In this document: positions 18,701-26,451 of the stretch, in pieces
How positions within the stretch are numbered: position 1 is the first letter of the stretch
Layout of the letters: every line of letters begins with the position of its first letter
Virus record (IMG/VR): IMGVR_UViG_3300045988_140605
Source of the DNA: a virus
Length of the DNA stretch: 60,617 bases
Strand: one strand, 5' to 3'
Translations under genes and position numbers: made by a program
The notes under the pieces: generated by a model
What the model saw: only the letters and a program-made list of their open reading frames with translations
Databases searched by the model: none
Told to the model about the DNA's origin: nothing

Positions 18701-20215
18701 GGAAACGATACGGCGAATCTTGTCCATCTGCTCTTCGTTTTCCGTGAAAGCTTTTACTCGGTCAGTCAGTTCGCGGAAGCCCCTGGTCATGCTAAAAAGC
18801 TGCTCACTTGTCTTGGGTGGGAACACTTTCTGGAATTCGGTGCGGACGGCATTAACAACATTCTGGATAGCATACACGATGTTCCAGAAGCTCTGAATCA
18901 GCTCGTCGCGGCCGCCAAGATCCTTCCAGCCTTTCACAATTTCATTTCTTGCGGTAGCAGATTCATCGATGATCTTCCCGAAGAAATCGCTCATGCTGGT
19001 CAGAAGCGCTTTTGCTTCCTCGAAATCGCCGATGATATATTCCCATGTCTGCGTCCAGCCGCTCTGCGCCGCTTCCTTAAGCGTATCAAAAAGCTGCGTA
19101 AAGGTTTTCACCTTGGTGGCGGCCTCAGTCGCGTCCTTTGCCAACTGGAGAATCTCATCGGCTTCTTCTGACGTATAGCCTTGCGCGAGTAGCTCGCTCT
19201 TTTTCATCTCCATGGCCTTGAGCACGCCCTCTTCCATATTGGCAGACGTGTAGCCCATGTCTTTGGCGATTTGCTCGAAGTCCCAGGAGAACTGTTCGAG
19301 TGTTGCCGTCAGGATATCGCTTGTCAGCCAGCCTGTGGACAAGCTGTCGCGGAAAGAGCCTTCCTCTGCGATCACTTCGTCCACGGTGCGCTGGACTGTT
19401 TTCTTTACTTTTTTTCCAGCCTTATCCGTTTCCGTAACGGTGTATTCCACCGTTTTGCCCATTGCTTTAGCCGTGCGCTGAAGAGCCTTCTGAAACACTT
19501 CGCCGCCCATACCTGCATTGACAACGGAATTCCAGTCCATCAGCCTCACCGTGCCGGTTGAAATCGCTTGCGAAAGCTGATACATGCCACGGCTGGCCTG
19601 CTCGCTGGTCGAGCCAGATATGGCAGCCAGGTTTGCAATACCCTGAATGGATTGCACAGCTGTGTCCAATTCAACACCGGCAGCGGTAAATGTTCCGATA
19701 TTCCGGGTCATTTCCGTGAAATTGTAGATCGTCTTGTCTGCGTAATGATTCAACTGGTCAAGACGGTCGTTGACAATCGCAAGTCGCTCGGAATCGCTCA
19801 GGCCCTGCTTGGTCATCGCATCACGAGTGTTGGATAGGATGGTCTGAATTGCGTTGATTTGCGTCTCGTACTCCTGCATACCAGTCTGCACGGGATCGAT
19901 GGTCAGTGCTTTAATAAAATTCTGTACGGGAACGATCGCGTTCAGCGCTGCGTCGCCAATTCGGTTGTATACGTTCTGCACCAGGTTCCCCATGAAAGAG
20001 AACCTGTCGGCAACGGATTGTGCGGCGTCGGACAATCTGCTCAGGTCGATTTTACTTGCGGCCTTGTCGATCGCTTCGAGTCCCTTTGCCGATTTTTCTA
20101 AGTCAAGCCCCTTTTTCAGATCGTCAAGCGACTTAACGCTTTCCTGGATGCCATTCTCAAACTGTTTGTTGTCAAACTGCATCTCAACAACGCGCTTATC
20201 GACATTGTTGCTCAC
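12749..20215 (-). CDS. Tape measure protein, 2488 aa, with two internal repeat arrays
   Basis: It is the largest ORF and sits upstream of Dit. The GTG start overlaps the upstream stop (GTGA). The protein is helical and Ala/Gly-rich. Confidence 0.9.
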   Translation of the reverse strand: MSNNVDKRVVEMQFDNKQFENGIQESVKSLDDLKKGLDLEKSAKGLEAIDKAASKIDLSRLSDAAQSVADRFSFMGNLVQNVYNRIGDAALNAIVPVQNFIKALTIDPVQTGMQEYETQINAIQTILSNTRDAMTKQGLSDSERLAIVNDRLDQLNHYADKTIYNFTEMTRNIGTFTAAGVELDTAVQSIQGIANLAAISGSTSEQASRGMYQLSQAISTGTVRLMDWNSVVNAGMGGEVFQKALQRTAKAMGKTVEYTVTETDKAGKKVKKTVQRTVDEVIAEEGSFRDSLSTGWLTSDILTATLEQFSWDFEQIAKDMGYTSANMEEGVLKAMEMKKSELLAQGYTSEEADEILQLAKDATEAATKVKTFTQLFDTLKEAAQSGWTQTWEYIIGDFEEAKALLTSMSDFFGKIIDESATARNEIVKGWKDLGGRDELIQSFWNIVYAIQNVVNAVRTEFQKVFPPKTSEQLFSMTRGFRELTDRVKAFTENEEQMDKIRRIVSGMANGLDIIRQVIGGVWQVAKEVFSYVSPYAGDLIELIAKGADKITEFNQRLKETGGVQNVVEKVTNFIKKMVDAVKDFIRATEELFSNGPDGITEKIKDWFDRFSGIGEKISKFFDGNDILKSIKTFFSNIGESVENFVTNMDGADIAVILGALLGGGVLLKIRNFIKSLTDIKESICGGIEGISDGIVDTLGSFKSKKDITKTILNIAASLALIAGALYIVAKIDPDRLGDAVFTMGIMLTAITAFAFILSKIKLKNAAGLAAASTGLMLLGSAMLVFASVIERIGKLDGETLVKGIAGLGAVLLELTVFMALTRKAKMGLFKGAGLVLLATSLKIFADVVIKLGGMDTKTITKGIAGLGAVLLELAVFLGLTKKVKMGLFKGVGLILLATSLNLFANAVKKIGSLETGTIVKGIAGLGAVLLELAAFLALTKKANLGVFKGAGLILLAVSINMFADAIQKIGGMETDTIVKGIAGLGAVLLELGIFLALTKKANLGIFKGAGLILLAVSINMFANAIKKIGSLETGTIVKGIAGLGAVLLELAVFLALTKKAKLGVFKGTALILMAASISMFASTIEKIGSLDTGTIVKGLAGLGVVLLELAAFMSMVKKSNFGVFKGAGLILMAVSLNSFAETIAKIGKLKTKTIIKGVAGLGLVLLEIAAFMNIMNKTKITGITKSLVMLGVMALSLQVFVKALKHLDGVEMGQMLAFSTSFSVALLSLSASMMLISKVPVTAALAGIAKLALVAAAIVALMAVFGAAEQAWSVSSYINSFGDMTEAIGKAIGRFVGGLGAGVMQGLNLPQIGSDLSDFMTNIQPFLDGCKGVDESVKTGVGNLASAITAIGGAEIVSAISSWFVGDNPISQFSDDIGIIATALNNFAAGISGFTETDNSNLTNATNAAKGLAELVKAVPWEAPEWAKAVTGSKDVEGFADDAATLATALLNYATNISGFSATISETDVTNSTNAAKALVELQQALPAEGGWIQSLLGIKDLSTFGERVPGFATGMKAYAKEISGFSSTVTQTDIDNSTNAAKALIGLENSLSGEGGLLQDLIGIKDLTTFAGKVPGFASGMKAYAAEISGFSSSVTQTDIDNSTNAAKALIALEGSLSGEGGLLQNIMGVKDLTTFSAKIPGFATGMKAYAKEISGFSSTVSEADIMNSTNAAKGLVELQNALPSEGGWLDGIIGVKDLTSFAEKIPGFATGMKAYAAEISGFSSTVTESDVANSTNAAKALVELQNALPAEGGLLDRLLGIKDLSSFAENLPGFAAGMVAYAAEITGFSSSVADGDITNSTNAAKALVELQNALPTEGGILDGLLGIKDLSVFGERVPGFAAGMKAYATEISGFTASVSEADITNSTNAAKALIELQNALPTEGGMLDKLFGIKDLGTFAEKIPGFAKGMVAYATQISGFTSTVSDADVTNSNNAAKALIELQNALPAEGGTLDKLLGIKDLGTFAERIPGFAAGMVAYAAEISGFTTTVTQDDITNSTNAAMALAGLANSIPAEGGWVQTILGQQDLGTFGEKCAQLGAGLASFAANIGSVSTQETSNALEAMGLITQFTNGLSSEGGVFNAIGKFFGGQQDIVGLSEKMATVGTNLATFASQLSAADFSNTEQATQILTDMQTFIGTLETKGGVWADIGAFFGGSKDIVGLSSSMASFANNFSTFATGITGASQAATDFATVQTIVTAFTALADSIKEGNVDTGDIEYAAELMADSFVTTMAATISNGGDQVGAAAVALSSSGTTAAQETYLVWYRTGQNLSKGLSNGISSMAGSVRRAATNAAAGATRAIQITWSVHSPSRVGRDLGMNFDLGIAGGLDRYSRVVSQSAEGIGENAVDSAKTMLRGTDYSIFDFIDPNPTIRPVLDLSNVRSGVGMIGGMLNSDQVLSGGLFNGINFNKGVNALNFDGARIAGGINNKDVIAELQSLANRFDNLNEAVTNMKVVLDSGELVGATSRKMDNQLGELAMRRGRGN
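13655..16027 (-). repeat. In-frame 198-nt (66-aa) repeat array, about 12 copies, inside the tape measure
   Basis: The unit is NSTNAAKAL(V/I)ELQNALPxEGGxLDxLLGIKDLxxFxExxPGFAxGMxAYAxEISGFxxxV. Antisense ORF starts at 14481, 14679 and 15471 confirm the 198-nt period. Confidence 0.9.
16580..17824 (-). repeat. In-frame 177-nt (59-aa) hydrophobic repeat array, 7 copies, inside the tape measure
   Basis: The unit is TIVKGIAGLGAVLLELAxFLALTKKAxLGVFKGAGLILLAVSINMFAxAIxKIGSLET. The DNA offset is 177 nt (for example 17187 versus 17364). Confidence 0.9.
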
Positions 20216-20589
20216 GATGACATGACCTCCCTCCAGGCGGCGTCAGCGAGTTGCTCAAAGACCGGACGAAGCGCGGGGTTGATATAATCAATCCCTTTCA
20301 CATAGCCGCCCGTGCCGGTGCCGTGCCCGTATTGGAGAATCACGGCAATGTTTACGCCTTTATTGATGTGAGAATTTGTCCAAAAAATAGAATAGCCGCC
20401 GCTGGTCTGAACAATCTCATAACCCCATGCGGCGGCTGTTTCTCCAGAATCGACCGGAGTTGCGGAGGCAAGAGCCGTGACTCCGGCCCGACCATACGTT
20501 TCCAAAATCTCTCGCTTCATGACCTTTGGCGCCTGTGCGAAGAATCTTTCCGTATTCCGGAAATTGCCTTTATGTTTGACCTTAATCAC
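20212..20589 (-). CDS. HK97 gp10-like tail-component protein
   Basis: ATPVDSGETAAAWGYEI and IAVILQYGHGTGTGGYV resemble the gp10 family. Its position directly upstream of the tape measure is unusual. Confidence 0.45.
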   Translation of the reverse strand: MIKVKHKGNFRNTERFFAQAPKVMKREILETYGRAGVTALASATPVDSGETAAAWGYEIVQTSGGYSIFWTNSHINKGVNIAVILQYGHGTGTGGYVKGIDYINPALRPVFEQLADAAWREVMSS

Positions 20590-20612
20590 AGCTCTCTATT
20601 TCACCTCCTTTT

Positions 20613-21158
20613 CTATCCTTTGCTGTTCAGCCGTGCGCGGCGCGCCTTGTTCATGGCTGTTCTCTGTTCCATCATTTCACGCCGGCTTTGCTTCTTCTTG
20701 GGAGCATTTTTGGCGTTGCATACGCGAATCAGGGTCAGCAATGTATTCAGGTGCCACTTGCGGCATTCCCAGGGGATATTAAGTGAAATCATCCAATAGT
20801 AAATGACTTCGGATGTAATGACCTCCCGGTGAGGAGATCCTTGCTTATCTTTATCGCTGAACCATGTCGCTGTCATGGGCGCTTCGATATAGTTGTTGAC
20901 CTCGTCCATTACTTCTGCGGTAATGCCGTTATAGACAGCTGGGTCAACATGCTGGGTCAGCGTCATGCAGCGAATGTAATCAGCGCATTCTTCTGCGGTT
21001 TTAGGTTCCTTGCCCAGAAACGGCTTGCACCATTTCTGCTCCCAGCGATGAATAGAAACCAGCGAATGCTCCAGCTGCAAGGTCGTTTCCTTGGTGCAAC
21101 CGAAGCTGTTGGTTTTCTCATCAAACCATTCGTACCCCGGTATCGTAACTTGCAGCAT
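20613..21158 (-). CDS. Tail assembly-associated protein (gpT-position)
   Basis: It lies between the chaperone and the tape measure and has a basic C-terminal tail. ATG 21158 is preferred over GTG 21167. Confidence 0.4.
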   Translation of the reverse strand: MLQVTIPGYEWFDEKTNSFGCTKETTLQLEHSLVSIHRWEQKWCKPFLGKEPKTAEECADYIRCMTLTQHVDPAVYNGITAEVMDEVNNYIEAPMTATWFSDKDKQGSPHREVITSEVIYYWMISLNIPWECRKWHLNTLLTLIRVCNAKNAPKKKQSRREMMEQRTAMNKARRARLNSKG

Positions 21159-21171
21159 TCGGGCCACGCCC

Positions 21172-21591
21172 TTACTTTACAACCGCAAGATCAGCGGGGT
21201 TGGAGCCTTCCTTCATGGCGTTCGCCTGAGCAAGTGCGTCCTGGGGCAGAATGCCGTTAATAAACAGCGTGCACTTGTCCGGGTCAAGCAGCTCAAGGAA
21301 CAGCTCGTCATAAGCCCCCGTCTGACTAAAGCGGCGGGACTTCTCTTCGGACTTCTCGAAATACTTGCCGTCGAGCGACTTCTCACCATAGGCCTTCAAG
21401 ATAATGTCCTTAAAGGTTTTGGTGATGCGCTCCATATCCTGCTCGGCCACCAGACGCTGAATCAGCTTGGTCATGCCGCCGTTAATGCCCATTTCCATCT
21501 CCAGCACTTCCGACTTGGAAAGGTTGAAGAAGAAATCCTCGGTGCGCTGGTTGCCATCATAGTCGGTATAGGTAATCGTCTTTTTAAGCAT
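21172..21591 (-). CDS. Tail assembly chaperone
   Basis: TYTDYDGNQRTEDFFFNLSKSEVLEME resembles a TAC-like N-terminus. It lies directly downstream of the major tail protein and has a strong RBS. Confidence 0.55.
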   Translation of the reverse strand: MLKKTITYTDYDGNQRTEDFFFNLSKSEVLEMEMGINGGMTKLIQRLVAEQDMERITKTFKDIILKAYGEKSLDGKYFEKSEEKSRRFSQTGAYDELFLELLDPDKCTLFINGILPQDALAQANAMKEGSNPADLAVVK

Positions 21592-21701
21592 TTTTCATTT
21601 CTCCTTTCAAATAAAAGCGGGTGGCGTCCCCTCCAACGTCACCCAACGGTGTATCCCTCCGGAATTGCAAATCCGGCTCGACCCATCTTCGTTTCCCGAG
21701 A

Positions 21702-22370
21702 TCAGTCCGTGACAGCCTGAAGAGCGGTCAGAATTTCATTCGGGGTAGGCAGCTTGGAAGCGGCGGTAGTGCTGCCATACAGCAAATCCTCCAGCGCCTT
21801 CATCTGGTTGGTAGTCAGCTTAGTGGAGTCGAACTCCAGCTTCGCCGTGGGCTTATAGCCGGTCATAGGTACAGGGGTGCCTTCGGTATCCCAGCTCCAG
21901 GGATTGGCTTCCGGAGAATCGTTCACCGTGTCGTGAGACTTCTCGGTAGGCGACGCGCTCAGGCCGTAAGCCACATGAATCTTATAGCCCAGCTTGTCGG
22001 TGTTGGCATTGCCGATCTCGGTGCGCCAGGAAAGACCGAACTTCTTGCGGGCCTGCTGGCCGACATACATACCGGGAAGAGGCTCAGCAGAGCCATCGCA
22101 TTCGGCGAATTCGTCGGGATAGGTATACGCCTCGATGCTGGCGTGATACTCTTCAGCACCGCGAATACCGGCGTAGTAGATGCCATCGGCATACATCTTG
22201 TTGATGTCTGCGCCTTCCGGCTGGTCGGTAACATTGGTCAGGCCGTTCCAGGGCTTACCAGCGTCATAGGTGCCGTCGTCCTTCATGGGAAACAGAACGC
22301 CCTGAGATACGCCGTATTCATACTTGCGATTTTCGGCCTCATCCCAGGTCAAACGAGCGTTGTTAGGCAT
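21702..22370 (-). CDS. Major tail protein (phi13/TP901-1-like)
   Basis: The N-terminus is WDEAENRKYEYGVSQGVLFP...GKPWNGLTNVT. The 222-aa size and position fit, and the RBS is AAAGGAGGA. Confidence 0.7.
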   Translation of the reverse strand: MPNNARLTWDEAENRKYEYGVSQGVLFPMKDDGTYDAGKPWNGLTNVTDQPEGADINKMYADGIYYAGIRGAEEYHASIEAYTYPDEFAECDGSAEPLPGMYVGQQARKKFGLSWRTEIGNANTDKLGYKIHVAYGLSASPTEKSHDTVNDSPEANPWSWDTEGTPVPMTGYKPTAKLEFDSTKLTTNQMKALEDLLYGSTTAASKLPTPNEILTALQAVTD

Positions 22371-22389
22371 AGTGGAATCCTCCTTTTAA

Positions 22390-22695
22390 TTAGTAGTAGA
22401 GTGTAAAAACATCATGGTATAGATTGTCGGATACGAATTGCCTGTCGTGAACGCACATCGGAAGCTCGGCAATCCGTCCCGGAATCGGGGATTCAGGATC
22501 CTGATCGATCACGGTAACCGAATAGCGATTACTATGGCAAAAAGGCTTGTTATTGGCAAACAGCGTACCAATCTTTTCCCGCTCATAGACAATGCACGGA
22601 TAGGACAGCTGATACCCTGACGGCGGCTGGAAATAGACGTGTCTGGAACCAACCAAAGTCACAAGCAGTTCATGCAAATCAACCCGTCGGCCCAT
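22390..22695 (-). CDS. Head-tail joining / tail-terminator-position protein
   Basis: It has the motif HVYFQPPSGYQLSYPCIVYE and lies between the capsid and the major tail protein. ATG 22695 is preferred over TTG 22710. Confidence 0.4.
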   Translation of the reverse strand: MGRRVDLHELLVTLVGSRHVYFQPPSGYQLSYPCIVYEREKIGTLFANNKPFCHSNRYSVTVIDQDPESPIPGRIAELPMCVHDRQFVSDNLYHDVFTLYY

Positions 22696-23002
22696 TGTAA
22701 ACGCCCCCAATCGTCAAGATAAGACGGGGGCTCTGGACTTCCACATTTGTGACTTTCCAAAAAGCCCCCATCCATTTCACATAACGAATGGCAAAGAAGT
22801 GTTGATAGGCATACGGGTCGGCAACAATACTCAAGCTGTTATTCACAGAAATGTTATCGTTGATCGTTTCACCGGATTCGAGCCTTCTGTTTTTGCGGAG
22901 CACATCACCTGCATAGTTCCGCTCGGTGATGATTTCCTGAAAGATGCCAGGTCTCGTTTCCTTTGTTTCAGCATACCCGATAGGACCATAAAACTTTGCC
23001 AT
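22679..23002 (-). CDS. Conserved structural-module protein (neck / tail-completion position)
   Basis: The N-terminus is MAKFYGPIGYAETKETRPGIFQEIITERNYAGDV. It lies directly downstream of the capsid gene. Confidence 0.4.
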   Translation of the reverse strand: MAKFYGPIGYAETKETRPGIFQEIITERNYAGDVLRKNRRLESGETINDNISVNNSLSIVADPYAYQHFFAIRYVKWMGAFWKVTNVEVQSPRLILTIGGVYNGPTG

Positions 23003-23014
23003 TTTGACCTCTCA

Positions 23015-24910
23015 TCAGGTATTACTGCTATCGTCGGCCGCAACCACTGTCACGTCCTTCTCCAGCGCGATGGCGGAGAACGGACGGGTCAGAGCGCCGG
23101 AGCTGCGAGTCTCCAGCAGGCTGACTTCCTGGTTGAAGTTGATGTCAAAGTCGGTGAAGTGGGTAATCTCACCGCCCTTGGTGGCACCAAGGCTGTAGTC
23201 GGCAAAATTCACCATCAGACCCAGCAGTTCGAAGGTCTTCTCGGTCTGATTCACGGTGGCGGTACGGGTCTTGCCTGCAAACTGCTCAGCGGTGATAATT
23301 TCGTTCACGTTCAGCGCAGCCTTCAGCTCGTTGACGTTGTCGTAGATTCGACGGCCATTCAGATCGCGTGCCAGCAGCATCACATTCACCAGATGCGGCG
23401 TGCACAGGAAGTCCGGGTTGCCGGAACCCTTCCACTTTTCACGGGCATACAGCAGGCTCTGGATAACTGCCTCGGCATACACGTAATTCTCGCCAAAGTT
23501 GGCGGTGGAATTGGTGCCGGTCAGCTCGGTGCGCATCGCATTGATGTCCACGGTCTTGTGAATGCAGTACAGGTCATCATCCAGCCAGATCGGGCGCATC
23601 TTCGTCGGATCGATCGCGTTGTCGCCGCTGCGGCCGTCGCCGATGGTGATCTGGCGGGCCAGCTCCTCGTTCAGGTTCATGCGATCCAGTCCGTACATAT
23701 ACTGCACCGTGTCGAAATCGGTGATATCAACGATGTCGTCACGATCCAGCTTGGAGCGGATGTACACGGTAACGGGATCGGTGGTGCGGCTCAGCAGAGT
23801 GATCGTGCCAGCGTCAGTCTTCTGAGAGCCCTTGGTGTAGCCCTTGGCACGGCGAGCGGAAATGTCACGAACGTCGGCCTGGCGGGTGCGGATGCGGCTG
23901 ATGGGGCTCTTATGCACCCTGGTCAGCACCTTGCCGATCCAGCCCTGATCAGTGGTCAGCAGTTCCGGAGCACCGGGCTTCACGTCCTTGTATTCCGGGA
24001 ACAGCTGAGAGATGTTGGTGATGTTCGCAGCCGCGGCATGGGCCAGCTCGTCCTTCTTGTTTTCGGTCACATAGGCTTCCATAGCCGCCTTCAGAGAGCC
24101 GCCGCCGTAGGCTTTCGCCATCTCGATGATCTTCTCACCGTCGGCGTGGGACAGGAAGGCGTCCTTGTTTTCAGTTTCCTTGTCGAAGACATTGCGCTTC
24201 ATTTCGTTTTCCTCCTCTTCCATTTCGGAATTGTGTTTGACGTCGGAATCCTTATCGGATTCTTCAGCAGCGCCATCATCGGAATTGACGATGGTATCGA
24301 TGATATAGGCAACGGCATCCTTCTGCTTCTCGGTCAGCGTGTTGAGAATGTCCTGCATGGTTTCCTTATCATCTTCGGGTTTTTCGGGCGTGTGTTTCGC
24401 CTCGCCCTGCTTTTCAGCATTGTCATCGGCATGTTCAATTTCAGCGAACAATTCGATTTCCTCACCGGTGTAAAGAATGCCCTGTTCATGATCCACAGTC
24501 GTAGTGCCGTCGGCATGAACGACCACAGAATCAATGAACGCGCCAGGATTGGCGCCGGCATACACCAGGCTGACCTCGCGGATCATACCGTGCAGCACGG
24601 TTTTGGCCTGCTCCTTCAGCTGATTGGCATAGATGGAGAGGGCATTGATGTCACCATGAAGCACCAGCTTCCGGGCGTTCTTACCGTTCTCAGTATCATT
24701 GAAATAGCATTCAACACGCATACTGCCGTTCTGGCTGTGCAGAATGCCATATCCAAGAACGCTGTCAGGCGTAGCGTGATTATGGTTCCAGACAATCGGA
24801 ACCTTCGCGCCATCCTGATGAGCAAAAGCGTCCTTGGCGATCAGGCGACCATCGGAACAACGCATGTCCGCTTTTGTCGCCCAACCGGCAAAGTCATACT
24901 TTTTATCCAT
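23015..24910 (-). CDS. Prohead protease / acidic linker / HK97-fold major capsid protein fusion
   Basis: The N-terminus (VPIVWNHNHATPDSVLGYG...INALSIYA) is S78-protease-like. An E/D-rich linker follows. The C-terminal ~330 aa are capsid-like. ATG 24910 overlaps the portal stop by 8 nt. Confidence 0.7.
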   Translation of the reverse strand: MDKKYDFAGWATKADMRCSDGRLIAKDAFAHQDGAKVPIVWNHNHATPDSVLGYGILHSQNGSMRVECYFNDTENGKNARKLVLHGDINALSIYANQLKEQAKTVLHGMIREVSLVYAGANPGAFIDSVVVHADGTTTVDHEQGILYTGEEIELFAEIEHADDNAEKQGEAKHTPEKPEDDKETMQDILNTLTEKQKDAVAYIIDTIVNSDDGAAEESDKDSDVKHNSEMEEEENEMKRNVFDKETENKDAFLSHADGEKIIEMAKAYGGGSLKAAMEAYVTENKKDELAHAAAANITNISQLFPEYKDVKPGAPELLTTDQGWIGKVLTRVHKSPISRIRTRQADVRDISARRAKGYTKGSQKTDAGTITLLSRTTDPVTVYIRSKLDRDDIVDITDFDTVQYMYGLDRMNLNEELARQITIGDGRSGDNAIDPTKMRPIWLDDDLYCIHKTVDINAMRTELTGTNSTANFGENYVYAEAVIQSLLYAREKWKGSGNPDFLCTPHLVNVMLLARDLNGRRIYDNVNELKAALNVNEIITAEQFAGKTRTATVNQTEKTFELLGLMVNFADYSLGATKGGEITHFTDFDINFNQEVSLLETRSSGALTRPFSAIALEKDVTVVAADDSSNT

Positions 24911-26159
24911 TTTGACCTGTCTCCTCATTATTGTTGGTTTCATCCGCTCCAGCACTGGTCGGGATCAGCTGCCTTGCATTAGAGGAATCGCTCAGATTCT
25001 TGTTCCGCAGCACATCCGCGTTCGGATCACTGCTCGGCTTCATCCCGATCACCTGGCGGATCTCGTTTGAGGTCATAATCTCATTGCGGGTAAACTTATC
25101 GGCAATTTCTGCAATGTCGTTTACCGGCACCAGCTTAAACGGGTCGCGGAAATAGGCGATCGTCTGCTTCTGGGAACGAGCGGTAGGCGTAAGAAACTTG
25201 CGCTTCATTTCATCAGCAATAGCAGACAGAATAGGCTCAATGGTGCGGTTATAGTAATTGAGCATTGTCTTTTCGTCGGCAGTTCCATCCAGTATGGATT
25301 GTGTGATGCCGAGCTGACTGAAGAACATGGAGGTCAAGTATTCAATCTGTTTCATCAGATTGTTTTCAACAGGGCGGTTAAGCTGTGTAATGCGCTCCGT
25401 TCCGTCCGTATACGCAATGCCGTATTTACCCTCGGATAGCTGCTTCTCGATATTCTTGCGGCGTTTTTCCGCCTGCTCACGCCTGGCCTCGGTCTTGATG
25501 ATATAGGGGAGCTGAATGATCAGATCGAGCTTTCCGCTGCTAGTCTGTTCGTCCACCACATCCAAAAGGGTCAGTTTTCGAACCAAGCGCTGATAAATCG
25601 AGTTCGGCTCATTCATCACCGAGTACATCGGATTCTCAATAAGCGGAACAGTCGATTTAGGGATGATAATCTGCTGGCGCTGACCTTCCTGTTCGTTATA
25701 GACCTCCACCTTCACATAGCGCGGATACCATTCCAGAATCTTACCGGTACGCAGCGTGTAGACCTTAAAATTTCCGGAATCCTCAGGCTCGTCATCCGCG
25801 TCAGTAGGGACAGCCGCAACACATCCTTCATCGAGCATGCTCGCCACGAGATCCTGGATAAAGGCTCGACCCGTCTGATCCAGGTTGGCCTCAACGGATA
25901 AGCAGTTATTAAGCCCGGAATCGATCGTCTCTTTGTAACGATCATTCTCATCCAGACGAATATGCTTCAGATTCACAGCGGCCACGTCCATCGCAATGCG
26001 GTTATACACCGCAGTAACGATAGAGCGCTCATTACCGCGTGTATAGCGCATCCGGTCAGGCCGATACCCGTAGGAAGGACCGATGTTCCAATTTACCTGC
26101 GTGGGGTCTTTGTTTTTGAAGATATTCCAGGCATGTTTGAGCCTGTCCATCAAAGCCAT
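24903..26159 (-). CDS. Portal protein
   Basis: The 418-aa protein lies between the terminase region and the capsid and has a strong RBS (TAGGAGGAAAA). Confidence 0.7.
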   Translation of the reverse strand: MALMDRLKHAWNIFKNKDPTQVNWNIGPSYGYRPDRMRYTRGNERSIVTAVYNRIAMDVAAVNLKHIRLDENDRYKETIDSGLNNCLSVEANLDQTGRAFIQDLVASMLDEGCVAAVPTDADDEPEDSGNFKVYTLRTGKILEWYPRYVKVEVYNEQEGQRQQIIIPKSTVPLIENPMYSVMNEPNSIYQRLVRKLTLLDVVDEQTSSGKLDLIIQLPYIIKTEARREQAEKRRKNIEKQLSEGKYGIAYTDGTERITQLNRPVENNLMKQIEYLTSMFFSQLGITQSILDGTADEKTMLNYYNRTIEPILSAIADEMKRKFLTPTARSQKQTIAYFRDPFKLVPVNDIAEIADKFTRNEIMTSNEIRQVIGMKPSSDPNADVLRNKNLSDSSNARQLIPTSAGADETNNNEETGQNG

Positions 26160-26199
26160 TTCAGTTTTCCTCCTATATCTTGAATTCGAAAATGGGCAT

Positions 26200-26231
26200 A
26201 AAAAAAAAGACCGCGGACATCACGTCCACGG
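26200..26231 (-). terminator. Rho-independent terminator
   Basis: The minus strand reads CCGTGGAC-GTGAT-GTCCGCGG followed by TCTTTTTTTTT, directly after the 26250 stop. Confidence 0.7.
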
Positions 26232-26249
26232 CCGCCGAACAGGCTGCGG

Positions 26250-26450
26250 TTAGATTTTGGTCAACCGATCCTCTGTGCAGTCATACAGAGGGTAATCCCC
26301 ATTGTATGCTTCGGGGTCGTTTACATAGCCCCGTTTATCGCTCTGCACAGTGTATACCTGCTTCCCGTCATCATCGGTATAAATATCAACGATACTTCCG
26401 TTGACGCCTTTACCGTCAATGCGGACCTTGTCATATAACGCGAAGGCCAT
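26250..26450 (-). CDS. Small SH3/Tudor-like protein, DUF4926-like (candidate immunity/antitoxin)
   Basis: ATG 26450 lies 1 nt after the upstream stop and follows GGAGGAGG. The sequence is LYDKVRIDGKGVNGSIVDIYTDDDGKQVYTVQSD. Confidence 0.45.
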   Translation of the reverse strand: MAFALYDKVRIDGKGVNGSIVDIYTDDDGKQVYTVQSDKRGYVNDPEAYNGDYPLYDCTEDRLTKI

Positions 26451-26451
26451 A

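Noticed and set aside
20613-21591. Programmed -1 frameshift producing a G-T type tail chaperone fusion
   Set aside because: The two ORFs are separated by a stop and a short gap, each with its own start. No overlapping extended frame or slippery heptamer was seen.
22799-24982. 727-aa plus-strand ORF
   Set aside because: It is antisense to the protease-capsid gene. It has no RBS, low-complexity composition and no recognisable motifs.
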